NCBI RefSeq assembly: GCF_009914755.1
Contig: NC_060930.1
Reading direction: 5' to 3' (one strand)
Length of the DNA: 64,000 bases
Source: the human T2T-CHM13v2.0 reference genome, Homo sapiens
The position numbers were made by a program, and so were the translations under genes. The notes under the pieces were generated by a model. The model made no database searches, was not told the DNA's origin, and worked only from the letters and a program-made list of their open reading frames with translations. This document shows positions 1 through 64,000 of the stretch, in pieces. How positions within the stretch are numbered: the first letter of the stretch is position 1; every line of letters starts with the position of its first letter.

Positions 1-1382
1 CACCAAATAAAACAAAAAGCCTACATCTGGCTCCTTGCTCACAGTGGGCCTCCAGCTCTTTTACTGTGTTTTAGAAAGTAACTGTGAGGCCGGAGACTCT
101 GGAAGTCATTGTTTATATCACAATACTGACAACCACACTTTTTTGTGTATCGCATTGTGACTGGGTGGATGTACAAGAACTATTTATAATAGCCTCATTG
201 TATAAAGGTCAACTATTTTTGTGAAAATGCTAGGGTTTCTCTATCACTTAAAATCACATTGGAGCTCTTTCATTTTAATTAATCTTTCCAATTTGGACTT
301 GCAAATTATCTCTAAAGACCCCTTGGCTACCGCATTTTTGTCCTGTGTACCAGCTAAAACAGTCTAGGTATAAGTAGCCTTTAAACAAATTGTATCAGGT
401 TGAAAGAAAACAAGCTGTAAAAAAATGATACCGCAACCTATTCAGGAGGTTATCAGGAGGAAGACTAGAGTGTCTCTTTTGAGTCTCAGCTTTGGCTCAT
501 CTATCTTGGTGCTTCCAGAGTGCAGGTTATCATTTTCACCTCATCCTTTATTAGCTAGTCAAAAATATGTGTTTTTACATCTAGTAGTGTGCCTTATTAA
601 TAAATTTTTATCTTTTTTCTTATTATGATGATTTATATGAGGACATTTTAATAATTATGGCTTTTTATTTTTACTGAAACATGTCTAGTGATGTGGATAG
701 AAAAAAGTCACTATTGTATTTTTAATTCTACATTAAAAATCATTTTCTTATATTGATGCCTTAAGCAATATTTTTTGATAGTGACAAACATTACATTAGC
801 AGATTTACTGATGGTTCTTCATCTTTGTGAAAATGGCTAAAACTTTCTGAGAGTTCTTTCTTTGTGAAAATAAAAGTAACGATGCCTTCCTTCTCCTGCT
901 GAACTTACAGTTAAGGTCATTCCAACACATAGAATGTGGTTCAGTTTGGACTGTGGAGTCAAGCTGGTTGAGTTCAATATCTGCTCCAACACTGAGTGTA
1001 TAAGTATCAGGCAAGTGATAGAGCCTCTTTAAACTCAGGATCTCTATAAATCAGCATTATTGTTTTGGTGAGGGTCCTTGTGAGAATCAAGTGTTGAATC
1101 CAGGTAAAGTGCTTAGCACTTGTTGGTAGAGCTACATTTTAGCATATTTATTGCAAAAGCCTTTGTTAATTCTTACATGTGCTAAAGATACAGTGTTAGA
1201 ATGAACTCTATTGGAGTCCTTTATCTGGCATAAATATGAGGGTGGCCATGTGAACTTCCTTCTCCCACAGAGTTAAATCTAAGTGCATTTCTGATGGTGT
1301 TATAATTCATTTCCTTCAATCAGCTGCTTTGGTTTCACTTGTAAAGGAGATAATGGATAGACAGTAAGTGTTCAAGAGGTAA

Positions 1383-1775
<393 letters not shown>

Positions 1776-2159
1776 TAGTTAATTCTGATAAGTCACTGAA
1801 AATCTAATATAAAGAACCCCTGTTTTATTAATTTTTTCAAAGTAGCATATTTATGACAACGGTCATTACAATAAAATGACGCTCACAGTTTTAAATGCCA
1901 AGGAGATTTAGTTTTATAATGGCAGAAGACATGTAGAGATTTATATATATTTACATGTCATCTAATATTATCCAATGCATATCCTAATAATGACTTGACA
2001 TTTAAGATTTCACTTTGTTATTTTCAAAATAAGTGTATTCATTTAGGTACACTAGCTGGTATGACTAACAAATGATTCTAATGTCATATATATTTCTTTC
2101 TCAATTAAAATAAAAAGACTAGTGTTAATCACTGGCAGGAAGTTATTTTCTAAATGGCA

Positions 2160-2346
2160 TTGAAGAGACCCATTCTCCTTCCATTTTATGCCTCTTCTAC
2201 CTCCAGCATTCTAAAGTTCTATACCAGTGGGAAGAAAAGAGCTTGGAGGATTGCAGGAGCAAGATGTCTGAAATCAAAACAAGCTGTACTGTATATCACT
2301 TCTGGTCTCATTCTATTGAAGACAATTCAGTCCAATGGCCACACCT
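2160..2346. repeat. Copy 1 of a ~190 bp dispersed duplication (MLT1-like LTR fragment)
   Basis: Colinear with 4094-4286, including a 36-nt exact match. Confidence 0.85.
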
Positions 2347-4093
2347 GACTTTAAGAGGAGTTGGAAATATGGAATGTGACGTGCTAAAGATCGCTCATTT
2401 CAGGAGAAAGAGGAAACCATTTGGTGAACAATGATCAATCTTTACCACATTCCACTTTCCTGATCACCAGATACCCCTTTCACTCTTCTTCTCACATATA
2501 TGTTCAATACGTACCAAGAGTCCCAGTCTAAATTATTATCTAGTAATTTCATCTAGTTAAAATATCCAGGATCTCCAAGTCATGTACATGCACACACATG
2601 CTTACAGATACACCCATATGTATCCATTCACATCTCTCATCTACTCTTGAAGAGGAACACAGTAACTGCGATATAAACTCCACTCATAAAACAAAATAGC
2701 AGGGGACACACTGTAGTCACTCATCATTCGCAATTCTAAAATTTGGCTGAGAAAGTCCTGTTAAGACCTTTTTCCTGGCATAAAGGGGAAGTTCTTTGGC
2801 ACTGATTCTGCTCTCTTGGAGGAACTCCAAATTATAAAGTGTAAAGTGGGTTCATAAACCCACAGTCTTACTCCAGAGTTCACACAACTACTATGTTTTC
2901 TCTCCTCTCGATATCTATGAATACTAATATTTTAAACTGTAAAACTTATTGAAAACTTTTTTCTCTAAATAACTACATTGAAAATGTAGCTTAAAAAGAA
3001 ACCTTGATGCAAATAATGACATTAATTACAAATACCGAAGTTCTATAAGAATGAATAAATCATACCCTTCCAATATTTGAGAAAAAATGATTATGAGAAA
3101 TATTAGAGATTTGAGTTTTGCCAGTAACTTATTAACTATAGGGTAAGTTAGAATTTGTGTAGTACTCTAGTATAGAGTTCAGTATCATAGTAACTTTAAA
3201 AAATTGTTTCAAAAAAGCAAAAATCAATAACATTAGAATATGACTCAGTGGAATAGTAAGTTGGATATTTTCTGACTGTGAGAAAAACTGCTAGCTTTTC
3301 ACAATTTCCTCCTCTTTCTAGGAACACAGTTTTGCTATATTTTCCCAGCCTCTTTTAAGTGAGATGTGGCCTTCTGTATAATTTCTAGCCCACAGGATGT
3401 GAAGCAAAGCGATACATACCAGCTGTAGACTGACCTATACCGTGCTCTCAATTACAATTCCCTTTTTGCTAGCTCAATGCTGTTAAGAGCACAGTGTTAA
3501 AGATGGCAAAGCCACAAGGATGGACAGAGCAGGAGTATGTGAATCACTACCTGGAGATCTGCCTGCTGGTCAAGAAGGTTCATTTTGTACTTTATATGAA
3601 CAAAAAGAAACTATATCATGTTTAAGTCATTTTTTAGTGTGTTCCTTATAGCAGCTACAATTACCTCATGATAAATTAACTCCTGCCAGAAGTTGAGTAC
3701 TAATAACAAGGTGAAAATATGTGGTGTCTGCTTAACAGTAGAGTAGAAGGCAGTGAATAAATGGTATCTCAAGCTTGAGGAAACCTGGAGATCTCCCTCA
3801 TACAGCAAAATATTTGGTAAAACTGGAACCTGCGACAATTTAGAAGTTAGCCATGTACTCAGTGAACCTGAGTCTCTAAAATAAGTGGTTGAAAATCTGC
3901 TATTCTAGGCAGTGTTAAGTTTGTAATATCTACTGTTAGCAAGATATTTCAAATAAGAAATGAGTTCAGGGAAGAATTGTCTGTTTTTCCAAAATAAATG
4001 GGAAAAATAGAGAAATTTCTGAGATCACAGAACATACAAAATTGAAAAAGAAGGCTATTTCTTTACCACAATTAATTGGAGATAAGGCTGGTG

Positions 4094-4286
4094 TTGAAGA
4101 GAGCCATGCTCCTCCCTTTTTATGCCTCCTATACTCTAGCATGTGAATTCTAAAGTTCTATACCAGTGGGAAGTAAAAGAGCTTGGAGGATTGCAGGTGC
4201 AAGGTGTTTGAAGTAAAAACAAGCTGTACTGTTTATCACTTCTGGTCTCATTCTATTGAAGACAATTCAATTTCATGGCCATACCT
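4094..4286. repeat. Copy 2 of the ~190 bp dispersed duplication
   Basis: Colinear with 2160-2346. Confidence 0.85.
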
Positions 4287-4309
4287 AAGTATTTAACAAC
4301 AAAAGTCCA

Positions 4310-4705
4310 GGATATATTTTGGATATTTGTCCTCGCCCAAACTTCATGTTGAATTGTAATCCCCAGTGCTGGAGGTGGAGCCTGGTGGGAGTGGACCTGA
4401 AGGCAGATCCCTCATGGCTTGGTGCTGTCTTCATGACAGTAAGTTCTTGCAAGATCTGGTCGTTTAAAACTGTGTAGCATCTCTCCCTACTCTCTTGCTT
4501 GCTCCCATTCTCACCATGTGAGACATCTGCTCCCTCTTTTGCCTTCTGCCATGAGTAAAAGCCCCCTGAGGCCTCCCCAGAAACAGATACCAGATCTAGG
4601 CTTCCTGTACACCCTGCAGAACCATGAGCCAATTAAACCTCTTTTCTTTATAAATTATCCAGTCTCAGGTATCTCTTTATAGCTATGCAAGTATGGCCTA
4701 ATACA
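4310..4705 (+). mobile_element. MaLR solo LTR (MST-type)
   Basis: Typical MST LTR text (tgtaatcccc...ggaggtgg...aaacctcttttctttataaatta...taataca); 5-bp TSD gtcca. Confidence 0.85.
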
Positions 4706-6106
4706 GTCCAGTAAAACTTAAACAACACACCTGGTTGTGTCAAAGATTAAGACTGCAACCTCTTTGTTGCAGCTATCTTCAAAGTGGCCTCTATGAAGCA
4801 AAGAAGCAAAGAAGTAAATTAGCCTTGGGAATTACACTCAAGAAAGAATATGGACATGTGGAACTGATGAAAGAAATAGATTAGAAGCCCACTAATATAT
4901 ATTATTTTAAAACTTGTATTAAGAAATTATGGACTTGGTATAAAAAGTCTTTTACTTTTCAGCTTTGCATCAAATATTGGACCTGCAAACATTGTCTGGT
5001 AGGAAGTGGGCCGGAACACATTCGAGTCATTATCCTCTTTAGATATTGCCACATAGAATCATAGACAATAAAAAATTGCCAGAAAGACCAGGGACTACTT
5101 TACACTTCACACTTCTTAATTGTGTAGTGGACATGTTACTTAACCTATCCGTAACTCAGTTTACTTGCCTGAAAAATACTGTTAAAAATAGAATTTATTT
5201 CATAGGGTTTATGTGAACTGACTCATATGAAATACCTAGGCCTTAGCACAGAGTAGGCATTCACTGAAAGTTAGCTATTCTAAATTAACTAAATATCACA
5301 TCTGAAAAAAATCATATATAATCTTTAACAAATACTTCTTATGGATTTATAGTAATTTGGGGTTCATCTCACTGGGACTCAAAATTTCAGGCTGAAATTT
5401 TTATAGGTTCAGACAGTAAATGTCTAACATAAAATGAAATCAATGATAAAAGTGGTATTTAAGTAATCTTACGTATTTTATAGCAGTCTTCTGAAATATG
5501 CTTATAGAAAGCAAAAAAAGCTGTATCACATGTAAAATAAAACATTTAAATCATACAAATGTAGCAAAAGCTTCTTTTGAGCAATAAAATACATATAATT
5601 AGTATGGCAGTTGTAGGCCATATAAGACTCATAATTACTGTACAAAATATTTTAAGGCAGTTTTAGAGACTAGGATGTTAAATTTCATTTCATCATTCAA
5701 GAGTATATTTTTTCTTAAATTTCTTTCTCAATTATTAAGCATTATTATATGCAGCTGTGCTAATTCAATACAAAGTTACTCCAACAACTGGAAAGATAAG
5801 GAAATTTCATGGTCTGTACCATTGATAGTTCACTGAAAGAAATTATAGAGCCCCTAGATTTAAACATTTGCCTTTAAGATATTCTAAAAGCAGTTTTATT
5901 GATATATAATAAAATCAAAATGCATTATGGGTGTTCCAATATTGCAGAATCACACAACATATTTACAGAGAGATAATAGAACAAATAGGAATTATCTAAG
6001 GCCCTTTAGACCCTTTACAAATAATTCTTATATTTTCTTGGCTAATAAACTTTTTTGAAAATCTCATGAAAATTTTGAACCTTCTCTCTTTTTTTTCCAA
6101 ATCCTT

Positions 6107-6475
6107 TGTAGTCTTGGTTGAATGTGTCTTCTGGAGTCCATGTGCTAGAATTTTGATCCCCAATGCAACCATATTGGGAGGTGGGGCCTAATGAGAGGTA
6201 ATTAGGCCATGAGGACAGAGGGAATGGATTAATGCCATTATCATGGGAGTGGTTAGGTATCCCAGGTGTGGGTTTGTTATAAAAGGGTGAGTTTGGCTAT
6301 GGGATGACATGCTTATTTGGCCAGGGGATGACACAGCAAAAAGTTCCTCACCAGGCGCCAGCACCTTGATCTTGGACTTCCCAGCCTCCAGAACTGTGGG
6401 GAAATAAACTTCTGTTCTTTAAAAGTTACCCAGTCTCAGGTATTTCATTTTAGCAGTACAAAACAGACTAAAGCA
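6107..6475 (+). mobile_element. MaLR solo LTR (MST/MLT1A-type)
   Basis: ggaggtggggcct..., gcaccttgatcttggacttcccagcctccagaactgtg, aaataaa, acagactaa. Confidence 0.8.
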
Positions 6476-8945
6476 GTTAGTGTGCACACAGATCTGCAGT
6501 GTTACATAATAGTTCACTGAGTTCTGGGCCCCTGAATCTCATTTATAAGATGTATAAAACTTAGTTTGAAAATCCCTATTTAATAGCACATTCCTATCCA
6601 GCTTTTACAGATTGATATTTAGTTAATAGCACCAGTATAGTGATACCAATATTTATAATCAGCTTCTAGTTTAATTAATCTGTGCCCATGCTATACCACT
6701 TATTAAATATTTAAAACTTCACCCTTAACTAAACACTTGTGTTATTTTTTAATATTTCAACATTACATATTACAATCCCATGTAAAATGTGTGATTATCC
6801 TAAAATTTGGAGCAAATTTTTTTGTCATCAACATCATTTCTATAATATGTCAAGACCACATTCTTTACTCCAAGTTTCTAAAGTTATTGTTTTCTAAGAC
6901 CTCACCTGGAATTCCCAGGTTTCCATATATTTTATTACATAATGTTATAAAGTAAGTGAGAACTTTTTTCAAAATACTTGTATCACAAACTTTATTTTTA
7001 ATATCATAAGGAAAATAAAAGTTCAAAAGACTTATTAAAGATCAAGGACAAAGTACTTAATGTGATAATATTAAATATTAAGCTTTAGAAAATTTTAGGG
7101 AAGACATCAAAATTTCTAATGCATAATGTACAAATGTGGGATATAATGTGGACCAAAATACTTTTACACGTTATGATTTTTAAAACAAGATTTAGAAAAG
7201 AGCTAATGAAATAGATCAACCTGAACGAGCCATGGGGTGCCCAGACATTTGGTCAAACATTATGTAAGGTGTGTGTTTAACATCTGGAAACTCAGCTGAC
7301 TTTTTGTAAAGAAGCCCAATCTTGCTCAGTAGCCAGGCTCAGAGAGGAACCCTCACTCTTCTTCCCTCCACCTCTCATGCTTCATACTTTCCTAAGGTGT
7401 AGACAGCCAACTGCTTAATCTTGAACCTGGAAAGTACATTTAATCTTATCTTCTTCCTTGAGCAGAAAGTTCTGAAGATAGATTAAAAAAACTGATTTTT
7501 AAAATTTTATCCATTTTAATATTTAGCAGTCATCACTGTCAGGAACTTCCTCTCCATAACTGGCCTTCAACTCTCAGCTGACACCTAAAGGCATTTCACA
7601 ATCTTTCTTTTGATTAGAGGACTTATTGGAGGGCTTCAATTAGATTGATCAGTGAGAAAAGTAACTGGACTGTAAATTACTGGTCACTGCTGAGGGCCAT
7701 TCTGGTCAATGTGGGTATCTCAAATGGTCTTATCTGATGATAGGAGTGCATGAAAAGTATTTTCATAAACATTCATTCTTTTTAAAAGGAATAATTATTT
7801 TGCTGCATCCTTAAACTTAAGATGATTAGTTATGTTTAAAAACATATTATTTCATACAAGTTATCACACAATACACAGTACCTTGTATTCCACAAGGAGT
7901 AGGTCAAATTATTAACCAAGCCTCTGCAGAGTTAGTTAATCCAACTAACTTTGGATTAAAAGTTAGTTGGGGAGACAGCGTCTGTGGACATTAGATGATA
8001 ACTAACATCATCAAACAAATGTAGCATAGATAAATGAGTAATGTAGGGAAAAGGCAATCAATATGTGTTGGCAAGGTGTATGAGAAATGTACAAATTTCA
8101 ATTTTGAAATGTAAAAGTATGTTTCTCTAAGTTTGGCAGATTTTCATATCTCCATTCTAGACATATACTGGGCTGACAACTAATTTATGTTCTGTGGTCT
8201 TAAAGATATTATTCTTTTGTAAACATAGTATCAAATATAGTTAAATGTCAGTATGTACGTTTGTAAAAAAATTTAATTAAATATAAAAAGAGGCTAAAAT
8301 AAATTGACTTCTATTTATTTGTCCAAAATATTTGCAGGACCAAAAAATACTGAATAAAATAATCAAATAGAATAATTTCAAGGATAAGAAAAACATTACA
8401 AACAAATAAGCAACGCTTAAAAGCAAATTCTACCAGCATTAAACATTTCAAACTAAATTATTTATGCCTTACTTCTTCATGGAAAAATTCATTTTACTTA
8501 TGTTTTCTTTCTTTTTGAAATGACAAAATGACATAGAAGCTCCTGGACTTTCTGTAAGTTCAACATAGAATAAAGATCCTATCTATGAAAGAAAAGAAAT
8601 GCTTCAATTTAAAAATAATTCCTTTTGAACATTCTCATTTGTGGACCATTCTATGTTGCCCTGACGAATAACTAGAGTATATTTATATAATAACTCTTGT
8701 TCATGAGGTATAATAAGGTCTTAAATTATTAAATAGTAACAACGTGAACTTAAAATGAATGAGACAGGCTACAAAATAGATACATCTTTGAGATTTAACA
8801 TCTGTTAAATTCATTTTGCATCCTTTATGTATTTTTCACCAGCCCGAAGATAAATTCATTAAGGCAATTGAACAATCTGGAGTGAGCAACTGACAGACCG
8901 ATTTTGACTAGAATTTTCACGACATAATGTATGTTTGTTTTACAG

Positions 8946-63866
<54,921 letters not shown>

Positions 63867-64000
63867 GTGAGGTTGTTATATAGTGACAAATATGTCTCTA
63901 AATGGCTTGCAATATCTGTATTTATGAATATTTCTGATAGTAGTAAAGGTATTAGCTTCTGGGTTGCTTTCATAAGTTAGTTAAAATTCTTCCACACTTG

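Overview
This is human (primate) genomic DNA, AT-rich and mostly intronic. It covers the middle of the androglobin gene (ADGB, recognised from its protein motifs) on the + strand. I reconstructed 15 consecutive GT-AG coding exons from 8946 to 63866. All splice phases match, giving 1807 nt (601 whole codons) with no stop codon; the start and stop codons lie outside the window. In order, these exons encode the C-terminal part of a degenerate calpain protease-like domain, a calpain domain III-like segment, globin helices E-H, an IQ calmodulin-binding motif and globin helices A-C. That is the circularly permuted globin of androglobin. The introns are full of Alu, L1, L2, MaLR/ERVL LTR and DNA-transposon (MER1, MER20, MER53, MER85) relics. 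The gene itself is known. The less obvious observations are two old local copy-paste duplications (an L1+AluJ block copied 23.5 kb away into a MER20, and a ~190 bp LTR fragment copied 1.9 kb away), a near-perfect 40-bp inverted repeat, a TA microsatellite born inside an Alu tail, a human-specific AluYb8, and globin intron positions and calpain catalytic-residue substitutions readable from the exon structure. I found no prokaryotic features and no RNA genes. Repeat subfamily names come from recognition of consensus sequences, not from a RepeatMasker run.
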